A DNA stretch of 64,000 nt from Promethearchaeota archaeon (GTDB taxonomy: Archaea > Asgardarchaeota > Lokiarchaeia > Sigyniarchaeales > SOKP01), in contig JALGVJ010000015.1 in NCBI GenBank assembly GCA_029838195.1, positions 34,852 to 98,851 on the forward strand, in the 5' to 3' direction. Positions 51,302 to 61,530 of this stretch are shown here, one piece after another; positions within the stretch are counted from its first letter, which is position 1, and the number at the start of each line of letters is the position of its first letter. A program made the translations under genes and the position numbers. Below the pieces are notes generated by a model, which saw nothing but the letters and a program-made list of their open reading frames with translations, did not search any database and was not told the origin of the DNA.

Positions 51302-52465
51302 TTATTCTTTATTACGTGTTAAGTCCTCTTTCTTGGCTCTCTCTTTAAAGAGAAAAGATAATACTAATCCAATCAAAAATCCAACTACGAGGCCCACGAG
51401 AAAGCAAAACACACCGGATATCGCAATGAGAAAAAATTTTTTCCATCTAAATTCTTGTTGAGAAATTCTTCCCAATAAAAAAGCCGTATACAATAGCATC
51501 GCTCCCAAAATCGCTTTAGGAAAAGTAGTGAATAAGAGAAAAAGAGTCTCGGAGAAAAATAAGCCCAGGATTAACTCAAACAATCCTTCCATGATCATTG
51601 ATCCCCCAGTTCGAGCTCCGAAAGCATATTGTGCTGCTAATCCACCCGAGCCGTGACATAAGGGGATGCCCCCAAGAAACGGACTAATTATATTAATAGC
51701 CCCCATATTAAACGATAAAATGTCAGCATCAAAGGTTTTCTGTCTTTCCGGATAAAGATCGTTAATGAGAGCAACAGTAGCTATCATGACATTCGTTAAA
51801 GTTAGAAAAAGTTGGGCAATTCCGGCAATTATCATGCCAATCAGTAGGTTTTTCCACGTAGGAACGTAAAGCGTAAATTGCGGGAGATTAAAACTTATAC
51901 TCTCCACGGTCATGGCCCTAGTGAAAAAGATGATGAAAATCCCTAAACCCACTAAAATGATTGCGGAGGGGATTTTTTGATTTTTAAGCAATAAAAGCAT
52001 GAGTACCATGGAAAATACTGCTAAAAGATAATTTTCTACCATTAATAAAAGAGCAGCCCAACCTAAAATTAATGCCAAGCCAAATTGGATGCCTCTCACT
52101 GCAATTTCCGGAACCTTTTTCACGATTGAATTCATTTTTTTCGAAAATCCTAAAATAGTCCAAATGATACCCGTTCCTAAACCCGTCGAGATGACCATAT
52201 TCACGCTCCATTGCCTTGAAATTGCGACCGTTGCAATGGTTTTTTGGGGCTGTACGGGTAATGGTAGGTCGTGTTTCAGCCCTAAAATGATATTTGTCAT
52301 GCCAAGACATAAAAAAATCCCAGCAGGATTAAATCCAACAATCGAAACATATCCCATGATAAATGGAATGAGCGTGCCCCAATCGCCGAGCGAGCCTGAT
52401 AATTCTCTCAGTGTAAATTTTTCCCGCAATTTGAGGAAATAAATTTTCTTATTATTTATCTCCAC
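51302..52465 (-). CDS. MOT1-type molybdate/sulfate transporter
   Basis: ELSGSLGDWGTLIP, PVQPQK, P.CHGSGGLAAQYAFGARTG. Confidence 0.85.
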   Translation of the reverse strand: MEINNKKIYFLKLREKFTLRELSGSLGDWGTLIPFIMGYVSIVGFNPAGIFLCLGMTNIILGLKHDLPLPVQPQKTIATVAISRQWSVNMVISTGLGTGIIWTILGFSKKMNSIVKKVPEIAVRGIQFGLALILGWAALLLMVENYLLAVFSMVLMLLLLKNQKIPSAIILVGLGIFIIFFTRAMTVESISFNLPQFTLYVPTWKNLLIGMIIAGIAQLFLTLTNVMIATVALINDLYPERQKTFDADILSFNMGAINIISPFLGGIPLCHGSGGLAAQYAFGARTGGSMIMEGLFELILGLFFSETLFLLFTTFPKAILGAMLLYTAFLLGRISQQEFRWKKFFLIAISGVFCFLVGLVVGFLIGLVLSFLFKERAKKEDLTRNKE

Positions 52466-52663
52466 TTTAACTTAAATCCGATTATTCATGATTTGAGTGG
52501 TATAAGAATTCGCTATATATAAAGTAAGCCTTCTTCCAGCATGTCATTTTAAAAGCATTCATTCATGTTAAAAAAGAGAAGGAAGGAATTCGTATCAGTT
52601 CAATAAAATTTAAAAAAGAACATCAGAAAAAAAAATACTTAAATTCATTTACTAAAAAGCATG

Positions 52664-53779
52664 TTAATTTTTTTCAGCTCTTGCTATTTCAGCTTTTTTG
52701 TCCATAATTGCCATGTACGTTGCTTTAGTGTTAATTGGTGGAATAATTTCTTCTTTCTTTTTGTATAATTTGATGGCACCGGAGGAACATGTCGGAACGC
52801 AATTTCCGCATCCTATGCATCGCAATTCATTTACGTGAGCAATTCCATTTTCCATCGTGATAGCATTTAAATTACATCGCTCTAAACAAATCTCGCAGCC
52901 AATACATTCAGCCTCATCTACTTTAGCTTGAAAATTGGTGGCAAAAAACCGAGCGGGCTCTGCTAATTTCTTTTCATTGGATAAGACTTCACAACAACAG
53001 CCACAGCATGTACATATGCACATGGGACGTTGAGAATTGCCCGGCTGAAGCACTAATCCATCATCTTCCGCTTTTTTAAAAATTTCAAGTGCTTTTTCTT
53101 TCGAGATTTCTCTTGCTAAACCACGATGAATGTAAGATTCCGCAGCTCGATTAAAAGTAAAGCACGATTCTCTTAATTCCGTTTTTTTACAGGGTGTTCC
53201 TAAAATGTCTTTAGAGGTTCTGCAGATGCATTTCGCGAGGGCAATTTTATCCGAATTTTCAATAATGCTTCTTAAATCATCATAAGAAGCCACATTTCTT
53301 TCATTTTCAATACTCTGTTCGATAGGAATGGTCCTTAATTGGGGGATGCCTGTTTTATTATATTCCTTTTCTAAAAAGGCTTCTTCAAAATATTTTTGAG
53401 CATCTTTAATGAATTCGGGAGTTAATCGATTTAATTGATATTCAAACATTCCAATGACAAACGGAGCATTAGCATAGTATTTTACTACTTTATTTTCTTC
53501 TTCCCGAGTGCCAAAATTTATTAACCCTTTTTGGTACATTTTTGTGAGTTGTTGATCCAATTCCTCAATAGTCATTCCCGTGGATTTTACTCTCTTGTAG
53601 ATTTTTTCGAGAGGTTCTGCATAATAGCGTAAATTTATGGCTAGTTCCGCTTCTTCAGGAGTAAAGAGATGTTTTAAGATTTTAATTTCGACGCCGGATT
53701 CTGTCACCGGATACCCTACGGGCATGCTGTCTAGATGTTTTTGTAGTTCATGGTAAATATCCAAGTTATTTTTGGTCAT
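52664..53779 (-). CDS. 4Fe-4S dicluster protein, paralog of 22015
   Basis: CICR, ICTCCGCCC, CIGCEICLERC, CIGCGNCVPTC. Confidence 0.88.
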   Translation of the reverse strand: MTKNNLDIYHELQKHLDSMPVGYPVTESGVEIKILKHLFTPEEAELAINLRYYAEPLEKIYKRVKSTGMTIEELDQQLTKMYQKGLINFGTREEENKVVKYYANAPFVIGMFEYQLNRLTPEFIKDAQKYFEEAFLEKEYNKTGIPQLRTIPIEQSIENERNVASYDDLRSIIENSDKIALAKCICRTSKDILGTPCKKTELRESCFTFNRAAESYIHRGLAREISKEKALEIFKKAEDDGLVLQPGNSQRPMCICTCCGCCCEVLSNEKKLAEPARFFATNFQAKVDEAECIGCEICLERCNLNAITMENGIAHVNELRCIGCGNCVPTCSSGAIKLYKKKEEIIPPINTKATYMAIMDKKAEIARAEKN

Positions 53780-53816
53780 ACGAAATCGAATCTTTAATTA
53801 TATATAAATTATTACA

Positions 53817-53840
53817 TTTACTATAATTTTATATAGTAAA
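53817..53840. promoter_or_regulatory. Operator-like palindrome TTTACTATA-N6-TATAGTAAA (site 2)
   Basis: Perfect 9-bp inverted repeat in the 74-bp divergent gap; core shared with 21888-21907. Confidence 0.65.
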
Positions 53841-53853
53841 ATATAAAGAAATC

Positions 53854-54618
53854 ATGATCGAACAGCAGAAAAACTTCTTGGGAATACATGAGAAATTGGC
53901 TGAGCTTGATAACAAAGTAAACATGTTGCAAGATTTAATGTTAAAAATGCGCAATGATTTCAAGATATTTTATGAAACGAATTTAAGGTTCAAGTCCATG
54001 GCTCGAGTTCATGAACGAGTAAACTCTTCGTACAATACGTTTTATACTGAGATTCCTTCTAGTTGTAGGGCTAAGGAACAATGTTCATTGATTGTGGAAA
54101 ACAAGGTATTAAAAGCATTAAGGATTTATCAGATGGAAGGTAGCCGGGAAGCTTTGAAATACATGCAAGAATCGAAAGAAAAGTTAAAGAGATTAGCGAT
54201 TAGAGCAAAATGTGAAAATGATGCCTGCATGACTAATGTTTATAATATATTTACTGCCTTAGATGAGCTCATTAATAAATCTCAAGAGAAGAAAGAAATA
54301 ACAGAACTTGACGGAGAATTATTAGATATAGATGTACCTATTTTAGAAGAGGAAATTGATGAGGATATTAGTGATTTTTTAATTCCGTTATCTAATAAGG
54401 TGCGGTTGAGAATTTTGAAAATATTGACTAGAGGAATGAAGTTATTTACGGAATTAGAGCAAGAAAGCGGGATTAAAGGAGGTCATCTTCAATATCATCT
54501 AAAATACTTATTAAAAGCAAGCTTCATAGAAAAGCAAGGCACGTATTACCAAATCACGGCACATGGTTTAATTATTTTAAAAAATTTAAACCAATTAAAA
54601 AAGAAATTACATCTTTAA
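53854..54618 (+). CDS. ArsR-type wHTH regulator with Cys-containing N-terminal domain
   Basis: PLSNKVRLRILK...GGHLQYHL...YQITAHG; C-x5-C and C-x4-C upstream of the wHTH. Confidence 0.85.
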   Translation: MIEQQKNFLGIHEKLAELDNKVNMLQDLMLKMRNDFKIFYETNLRFKSMARVHERVNSSYNTFYTEIPSSCRAKEQCSLIVENKVLKALRIYQMEGSREALKYMQESKEKLKRLAIRAKCENDACMTNVYNIFTALDELINKSQEKKEITELDGELLDIDVPILEEEIDEDISDFLIPLSNKVRLRILKILTRGMKLFTELEQESGIKGGHLQYHLKYLLKASFIEKQGTYYQITAHGLIILKNLNQLKKKLHL

Positions 54619-54773
54619 TTGATTAAGGGAAAATATTTTATATTTTAGAGAAAGAACCTTGCCTAATTTTTTGTTTTCCAGCAATAATGGGGCATCTTTA
54701 AAAAAATTAATTTTAGAAAAAATAAAATGAGTCTCTTCATGGATACTTCGCACTGGGAAAAGGTGATAATGTC

Positions 54774-55214
54774 GTGAGGTCCATCTCCAAGGAAAAATTT
54801 CAAGATTTATTAAAGTTCATGCGATCTAAGGGGCTTGATGCTTTATTAATAATTGACATGGCCGATATCACACGCGATCCTAACCTTTTATTTTTAAGTA
54901 GACATTCAAGGGATGCGGCTTTAATCGTGCTTAATTTAGGAGAAAGAATTTTATTTCCCTTAGATACGTCTCTTGCGAAGAAACGAGCTGTTGTAGATTC
55001 AATTGCGGACATGCGGGCAATAAATAACAAATGGACGCAAGCTGTTGGAGAATTTTTTAAAGAACGATTTCCAAAAAAGAAGCCGGTAGTGGGATTTACA
55101 AACAACATCTCTAAAACGATTTGTCAAGAAAGGTCGATCTTTTCTTATATAGAAATCCATGAGGATGTTGATGAAATCGCATCATTTCTAGCAGTTTTAA
55201 GAGGAACGCAATAA
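54774..55214 (+). pseudogene. Xaa-Pro aminopeptidase/creatinase N-terminal domain only (truncated)
   Basis: GLDALLI...DPNLLFLS; stops at LAVLRGTQ, where the catalytic M24 domain would begin. Confidence 0.6.
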
Positions 55215-55278
55215 AATTTTTATATGAGTTGATTTAATAATACACAATTTATCAGAAAAATTTAAAGGAAGGAATTTC

Positions 55279-55860
55279 ATGACAAAAAAAGAGATTCCCG
55301 TTAAACCTTATTTATATCCCATGCCGGTGGTTCTTGTTGGAGCGAATGTAGATGGGAAGCCAAATTTCATGCCAATAGCTTGGACTTGCATTGTCGAATA
55401 TTCTCCTCCCACGATTTTGATTTCTGCATCAAAAACTCATCATACTAGTAAAGGAATTAGAGATAATAAAACATTTAGCGTTAATACCCCTTCAGAAGAG
55501 TTGGTGGAAGCTACGGATTATTGTGGTATTGTTTCCGGAAAGGAATTTGATAAGTCCCGAATTTTTAACGTTTTTTACGGAGAATTAAAAACAGCACCCA
55601 TGATCACCGAAGCGCCGCTAAATCTTGAATGTAAGGTGGTACAACACCATGAATACAAGTCCCACGAAATTTTTTTCGGAGAGATCGTTCACGCCCATGC
55701 TGAAGAGCGTTTTTTAAAAGGGGAGGTTCCAGATATTGCCAAAATCAAACCATTCGTGTTTTCAATGAGTGATAATAATTATTGGAAATTGGGGGGCCTT
55801 CTCGGAAAAGCATGGCGGATCGGGAGAAACTATAAAAAAAATAAGCATGTTATAAGTTAA
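55279..55860 (+). CDS. Flavin reductase-like/flavoredoxin
   Basis: YPMPVVLVG, PNFMPIAW, CGIVSG..FDK, LECKV, HEIFFGEI. Confidence 0.9.
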   Translation: MTKKEIPVKPYLYPMPVVLVGANVDGKPNFMPIAWTCIVEYSPPTILISASKTHHTSKGIRDNKTFSVNTPSEELVEATDYCGIVSGKEFDKSRIFNVFYGELKTAPMITEAPLNLECKVVQHHEYKSHEIFFGEIVHAHAEERFLKGEVPDIAKIKPFVFSMSDNNYWKLGGLLGKAWRIGRNYKKNKHVIS

Positions 55861-55940
55861 TTAATAGCGCGTGAAGCATAAAGACCTTTTTGATGCTCCC
55901 TTTAAGTTTAATTTATCAAGACCACTGAAGATAACGTTTT

Positions 55941-56750
55941 TCATGAAAATAATAATTTATCAAGGCAGGGAGAGATCTCATTTTTCAAGTGCTCCGGGAC
56001 ATTTTCAGAATAAGGGGGAATTTTAAGTTTAATGAGAGGCTTAAGTAATTCTATCACGGATGCAGTGTCCTCTTCTAGCAAGGATATGCTTGAAATGGTT
56101 TCATGTGCCATTAAATATTTTTGTCCATCATATATACTTAGGCGAAAGGGTTCAATTACAAATGCATAATCTAAATCATTGATGTCGCCTAAAGGTAATG
56201 CTATATTAGAATAACTTTCATAAATGATATGGTTAAATGATTTACTTAATTCAATTTCAGCCGCTTTTACTGCCTCTTCATATAAAGGAGCAAGTTCTTC
56301 TAAATCTTTTCTATCTTGGACGTATTTTACCTCATAAAGAGTTAATATCTTTTTAAAATACTTTTTAACCAAGGAAAGATCTAAAGTTTTATTTAATGCA
56401 ATCAGGCATTTTCCATTAATAGCGATTCGATCCAACACAAAACCCGGTAAGAAGGATGTCCATGGATACTTATTCGAAGTAGGAATCCATATGCGATGGA
56501 TGGGATTTAAAAGTAAAATTGAAACCTTTAAATCTGCTTCTTGTTGCATCAATTTTGCATCCTTAGAATAAACAATTCCTTTCTCGAGACCTTCTTTTAT
56601 TATTCGCCAATGATACCATAAATTATTACCGGATTTAGGTTTAAACCCACAGATTTCATGACCTCGTTCCTTGAAATATTTTATTAAGGCAAGACATAGG
56701 GTGGTTTTTCCGGAATCAAATTCCTTAATACCTGCACATAAGAATTTCAT
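55941..56750 (-). CDS. Archaeal P-loop NTPase (dethiobiotin-synthase-like fold)
   Basis: DSGKTT, GFKPKSG.N.W, NPIHR, ESYSNIALP. Confidence 0.75.
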   Translation of the reverse strand: MKFLCAGIKEFDSGKTTLCLALIKYFKERGHEICGFKPKSGNNLWYHWRIIKEGLEKGIVYSKDAKLMQQEADLKVSILLLNPIHRIWIPTSNKYPWTSFLPGFVLDRIAINGKCLIALNKTLDLSLVKKYFKKILTLYEVKYVQDRKDLEELAPLYEEAVKAAEIELSKSFNHIIYESYSNIALPLGDINDLDYAFVIEPFRLSIYDGQKYLMAHETISSISLLEEDTASVIELLKPLIKLKIPPYSENVPEHLKNEISPCLDKLLFS

Positions 56751-56932
56751 TTTTATAATGAAAGTCTTTCCCTTATAAATTCATATATTCCAATGAATGA
56801 GAGTTAAGGTATTAGTTTCCATGATTTCTCTGGTAAAAGAATGAAAATTATAAAAAATTTTTTTCCATTCAACTCATTTTAATTCGCCATTAATAGTCGT
56901 GAATTGCAAGAAATTTTGAGCTTTTAATAATT

Positions 56933-57373
56933 TCATTGTTCTTTTTTCGTGAACTCTCTATTATCAATTGAAGGAATGAAGGGTTTAATATCAAGAATGG
57001 GGGTTTGATCGATTAAATCGATGTTATTGACATAGAGAATGTTATTTTCTACATTAAGTAATTGAAAAATAGAAAATGCTACAGGATTAGGGCGTTTTGG
57101 AGAGCGCGTGGCAAAAACGCCGTGCATCCGTTGATCCCAATGGGAACTTGTTATTAAAGATACGGGCTTTTTTATTCGATGGAGAAATGAAATGCAAATA
57201 ATATATTTGTATTCTTCAATATCCTTCAGGCCTTCTACATATTCTTCATGGATTTCAATGGTTCCTCTAAGATTGGAAAACTTTGATTGAATAGGAACCT
57301 TATTCTCATCCTTAACGGGAGAATTCACTATTCCAATGGGTTTTAAAATTATTTCCTTCATGGATTTGTTCAT
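56933..57373 (-). CDS. trmO: tRNA m6t6A37 methyltransferase TrmO/TsaA family
   Basis: LKPIG, GVFATRSPKRPNP, TPILDIKPF. Confidence 0.88.
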   Translation of the reverse strand: MNKSMKEIILKPIGIVNSPVKDENKVPIQSKFSNLRGTIEIHEEYVEGLKDIEEYKYIICISFLHRIKKPVSLITSSHWDQRMHGVFATRSPKRPNPVAFSIFQLLNVENNILYVNNIDLIDQTPILDIKPFIPSIDNREFTKKEQ

Positions 57374-57891
57374 GATTTGTCTCGTTCCTTTATTTTTTCA
57401 ATGATTTCTTCTGCTATTTGGCGCTCAGTTTTATTCCCACAAGAAATTATCAAGTCGGCATGTTTTTTATAGAGTGGAACTCGCTCCTTGAATAATTCCT
57501 TTAAATTTTTTATTTTCAATCCGACTATACCTCTTGATTCTTTATTTTTTAACCTATTTTCTAATTCATTAAAAGGTAAATCTAAAAAAATTATAATGGA
57601 TTGGTTTTTAAGCTCTATCATCAATCTTTCCGAATAAATAACGCTTCCTCCAGGAGCTAAAACTTGGTTTGTCAGGGGAAAAAGTTCACGGATGCGGGTT
57701 TCTTCAATGGTACAAAAATTTTCATCGCCAATTTCATCGATTATTTGTTGTAATTTTTTTTGTTCTTTTTTCTCTATATATAGGTCTGTATCAATAAATT
57801 TATAATTAAGAGAATTTGCTAACAATTTTCCAACCGTAGACTTTCCTGATCCTGGCATTCCAACTAAAGTTATCGATTTTTTTTGTTTCAA
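57370..57891 (-). CDS. aroK: Shikimate kinase (AroK type)
   Basis: GMPGSGKSTVGK.LA, FIDTD, APGGS, ER.PLY...AD. Confidence 0.9.
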   Translation of the reverse strand: MKQKKSITLVGMPGSGKSTVGKLLANSLNYKFIDTDLYIEKKEQKKLQQIIDEIGDENFCTIEETRIRELFPLTNQVLAPGGSVIYSERLMIELKNQSIIIFLDLPFNELENRLKNKESRGIVGLKIKNLKELFKERVPLYKKHADLIISCGNKTERQIAEEIIEKIKERDKS

Positions 57892-57904
57892 AGGAAGAAT
57901 TTAA

Positions 57905-58414
57905 TTACCACCTAGCTTGTTCTATTAATTCCACTAATTTAGCTTTTAAATCAACAATTCCCTCTCTTGTAATAGCAGAAGTTTTGAAAAAAAATACTTC
58001 TCTTTGTTGTATTAAGGGCAACTTCAATGTACCCCGCGCTTTGGCATAATTATTTTGAGCAGCTTGCAAATCCATCTTGTGAAAACAAACAATTAAAGGA
58101 AAGCTTCGCAGATTTAAATTATTCATTACTTTATCTAATTCGTTCTTTGCTTGGTCAAAACGAGCGCCATCCGCTGTGTCTAATACAAATAATAGAATGA
58201 TGTTTTCTGGAACTCCCATGCGCCAAGAATCATCTATAGAAATCTCTCCCGGAACATCTTGAATTAAAAATTTAGCTGAATGTAATATCATTTGATTAAT
58301 ATTAAAAACATTATTCTCTTCCTCCCGAATTGAATTACCTTTTTCTTTAATTTGCCTACTTAAAGTAGTCTTACCAGCAGAAGGCAATCCAAAAATTATT
58401 ACTTTATTTTCCAT
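57905..58414 (-). CDS. Arf/Arl-like small GTPase, degenerate switch regions
   Basis: GLPSAGKTT, DVPGE, FVLDTAD..RF..AK.EL, HKMD, TSAIT.EGI. Confidence 0.85.
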   Translation of the reverse strand: MENKVIIFGLPSAGKTTLSRQIKEKGNSIREEENNVFNINQMILHSAKFLIQDVPGEISIDDSWRMGVPENIILLFVLDTADGARFDQAKNELDKVMNNLNLRSFPLIVCFHKMDLQAAQNNYAKARGTLKLPLIQQREVFFFKTSAITREGIVDLKAKLVELIEQARW

Positions 58415-58999
58415 GATTCTCTTTTGAATTTTTTCAGCTATTTTGTATTAAATTCATGCTTTAAAAAAAAATATTTACATGATGAAATTATAACAATTTT
58501 TTTCTTGAAAAAAAACCAATATATTTAATTCTTTTTTTAACAGAAAAAACTTGAAGAAGAAATTTAACCGATTGTTAGAACTTTGGAAGGCTATTCAATT
58601 TTTTCCTTTTTTTTTATATTCTAATTTATTATTGAATTATAAAATTCACGGGGATTTCTTTTTGGTAATTACATTTTAATAGAATTGATTTTTAAAATTC
58701 TCATTTTCCAAATCCTTAATATGACAAGAGGGAAAATTAGAACAATCAATCAGATTTTCACATTATCTGATTTTAAGTAAACTTTATTTTAAATCAAGAG
58801 ATTTGAAGGAAGCGCTAAAGAAGGAGAATTATCAAAAAATAATAGAAATAAAATATTTTCTATTAATATATCCATGAATGTCCCGTAATAGATAAAATGA
58901 TTTTTTTATTTAAGAATAACATTAAATTAGGGTAATTTTGAAAAATGCCTTAAAATGAGCCACAATAATAATTAACATGTAAATAAGATACTTTTAGAA

Positions 59000-59443
59000 A
59001 TGAGAAAATTACCGTTTAAAAAGCAGGAGATTATAAAGATTTTTACAGATGGAGCTGCAAGAGGCAATCCTGGTCCAGCAGCTATTAGTTATCTCGTTGT
59101 TCAAGGAGATGAAGTGATTCATCGGGGAAAAAAATATATTGGAACGGCAACAAATAATACCGCTGAATATAAAGCAATTATTGAGGCATTAAGCTCAATC
59201 GGCGACTGTTCAGAGTGCCATATTCAAGTATATTCAGATAGTAAATTAGTGATAGAGCAAATTAAAGGAAATTGGAAAATCAATTATTCCCATCTTTTAA
59301 AGTTAAAGCAAGAAATAACTAAACTTCAAGAAAATTTTAAGAAAGTTGAATTTTATCACGTAAATAGAGAAAATCCATGGATTCAACAATGTGATAAAAC
59401 ATGCAACCAGATCTTAAATGAATACGAGCATTCATTTCCTTAG
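59000..59443 (+). CDS. rnhA: Ribonuclease HI
   Basis: FTDGAARGNPGPA, TNNTAEY, SDSKLV, HVNRE.N...D. Confidence 0.93.
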   Translation: MRKLPFKKQEIIKIFTDGAARGNPGPAAISYLVVQGDEVIHRGKKYIGTATNNTAEYKAIIEALSSIGDCSECHIQVYSDSKLVIEQIKGNWKINYSHLLKLKQEITKLQENFKKVEFYHVNRENPWIQQCDKTCNQILNEYEHSFP

Positions 59444-59502
59444 ATACTTTTTTCAAAAAATTTTGGCAAATAAGAAGAATAAAACTTGAGCTAAAAGTAA
59501 AA

Positions 59503-60756
59503 CTAGTAAAATTCTTCGTTAAATTCCTCTATGGCTTCAAACATGGCCACGATATTTTGTGGTGGTACATCGGGCAAGATATTATGGACGGTATTCCACA
59601 CATATCCTCCTCCAGGCGCAAAAATTTCTAACAATTCTTTCACGTGTTTTTTAACTTCTTGAGGAGATTTAAACGGTAATACATTACGCGTATCAGCGCC
59701 TCCTCCCCAGAAAGTAAGCTCATCTCCGAAATTTTCTTTTAAAAATTTTGGGTCCATTCCTCGGGCACTTATTTGTACAGGATTTAATATTTCAATCCCT
59801 ACTTCGATTAAATCCGGTATAATGGGTACAAGAGAACCGCAACTATGTAAAAATATTTTCATATTCGAATGTTTCTTAATGTATTCGCAAACTACTTCGA
59901 GACGAGGCTTGATATATTTCCTAAATAAACGTGGACTGAAAATTAACCCTTTATTTTCACCATAATCATCTCCAATATTAATCACATCAACAAGGTCTCC
60001 TATAGCTTTACACGATAAATATAAAGAAGTGAGTTGAAAATCTAACAAGACATCCATGAATTTTTCGAATTTTTGGGGATGACGAATCATTTCAACTAAG
60101 ACTTTATCCATTGGCATTAATGAAGTAGCAAATTGAAAAAAACTCACGCTGGAGGTAAAAGCTAAGGCTTTGTCCGTTGTTGATCTTAATAATTTCACAT
60201 TTTTTCTCAATGTTCTCCAGAATCCCTTTTCCGTAAGGTGATCGAAAGGGGGATTTACCAACACGTAACCCATATTTTTAGATAACGCTTGAAATAATTC
60301 ATTTATATTTTGAGGGAGCTCCCGTTCACAGGGAAAATAGGTTTGATCGATTACTAAGGCAGCTTTTGACATGTGTGCCAATTTAGTACCATTGGGATGG
60401 ATGACTTCCAATGAACCATCCGTATTGAATCTTGGTTTAAACCAAGCAGGAAATTGAGCGGGTATGCCATTCACTTCTACATCATACCAATCTTTATCAT
60501 TAGTATTAAAAGATCGGCCAATATCTAAGGTGTCAATTTTGAATTTATCAAGAATCTCGTCTTCCGGATACGCTAATTGTTGCGTGAGGTCATAGATTCG
60601 AACATGACCTCGTTCAAGTTTTAAATATTGCTTGAGATTATAATATGCAATCGCAGAAATACCCGTTTGAGGAGTAGCGCCAAGGTCGAGGGGAACTCTC
60701 TCTGGTTGATGATGGTTAATGCTTGATAATACTCTCTCTCGAGAATTGATTGTTAT
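59503..60756 (-). CDS. Uroporphyrinogen decarboxylase/methylcobamide methyltransferase family
   Basis: GDDYG, FLHSCG, LNPVQ, FWGGG, VHNI. The frame extends 5' of the tracked start to NSRERV...PERVPLDLG with no ATG/GTG/TTG. Confidence 0.85.
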   Translation of the reverse strand: MTINSRERVLSSINHHQPERVPLDLGATPQTGISAIAYYNLKQYLKLERGHVRIYDLTQQLAYPEDEILDKFKIDTLDIGRSFNTNDKDWYDVEVNGIPAQFPAWFKPRFNTDGSLEVIHPNGTKLAHMSKAALVIDQTYFPCERELPQNINELFQALSKNMGYVLVNPPFDHLTEKGFWRTLRKNVKLLRSTTDKALAFTSSVSFFQFATSLMPMDKVLVEMIRHPQKFEKFMDVLLDFQLTSLYLSCKAIGDLVDVINIGDDYGENKGLIFSPRLFRKYIKPRLEVVCEYIKKHSNMKIFLHSCGSLVPIIPDLIEVGIEILNPVQISARGMDPKFLKENFGDELTFWGGGADTRNVLPFKSPQEVKKHVKELLEIFAPGGGYVWNTVHNILPDVPPQNIVAMFEAIEEFNEEFY

Positions 60757-61157
60757 CTAACCTCTCTTGTTAATAATTTATATTTACTAGATTAATTTTA
60801 AAAAATGATTCTATAATTTCATTTAACCATTTTAATAATTAAAGCTTTTTATAATCTTAAGAAATTCTTTTATAATGATTAGATTCTAAATGATATTCTT
60901 TTTTAGGAATATTACATGACCTAATTAATTCCCTTAGTAAATCAACTAAAATATTTCGATGCTATTGAATAATTAAACGTTCATGAAATTGGTAATGAGT
61001 ACCAGCTCAATTAGAGATTTACATTATATTTTATAAAATCCCTTTTATCTACTTATTTTTTGTATATCATGAATGGTGATGGAAGCCTTTAAATTATAAA
61101 CATTAGATATATACTATTGCCTATTTATTTTTTAATTAAGGATAATTTTATGCAAAG

Positions 61158-61178
61158 CGTACATGATACTCATGTACG
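61158..61178. promoter_or_regulatory. Inverted repeat CGTACATG-N5-CATGTACG upstream of tusA-iscS-iscU
   Basis: Perfect 8-bp inverted repeat ending 8 nt before the GAGG SD. Confidence 0.5.
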
Positions 61179-61197
61179 ATATAAGAGAGGTTATAAC

Positions 61198-61446
61198 ATG
61201 AATGAAAAAGAAGAAATAAAAATTGATGAGGAATTAGACACGCGAGGATTATTCTGTCCAGAACCATTGTTTGAGGTTAGAAATTTGTCGGAAACATTAG
61301 AAGTAGGCCAATGTTTCAAGGTAATAGCTGATGATCCTGCCGCTGAGGAAGATTTGAAGCGATGGGCTAAAAAGACGGATACGGAAATTCTTAAATTTCT
61401 AAAGGATGGTCATGACTTAATATTTTATTTTAGGAAAAAAAAATAA
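61198..61446 (+). CDS. tusA: TusA/SirA sulfur carrier
   Basis: LDTRGLFCPEP, ADDPAAEEDL..W; GAGG SD before ATG 61198. Confidence 0.92.
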   Translation: MNEKEEIKIDEELDTRGLFCPEPLFEVRNLSETLEVGQCFKVIADDPAAEEDLKRWAKKTDTEILKFLKDGHDLIFYFRKKK

Positions 61447-61530
61447 GCGGAAAATCATATAAAAATGTTAGAAACCATTTTTCTTAGCCCATTAATTTTT
61501 AAAAAAAAATCATAAAGGAGAAAGCCAAAA

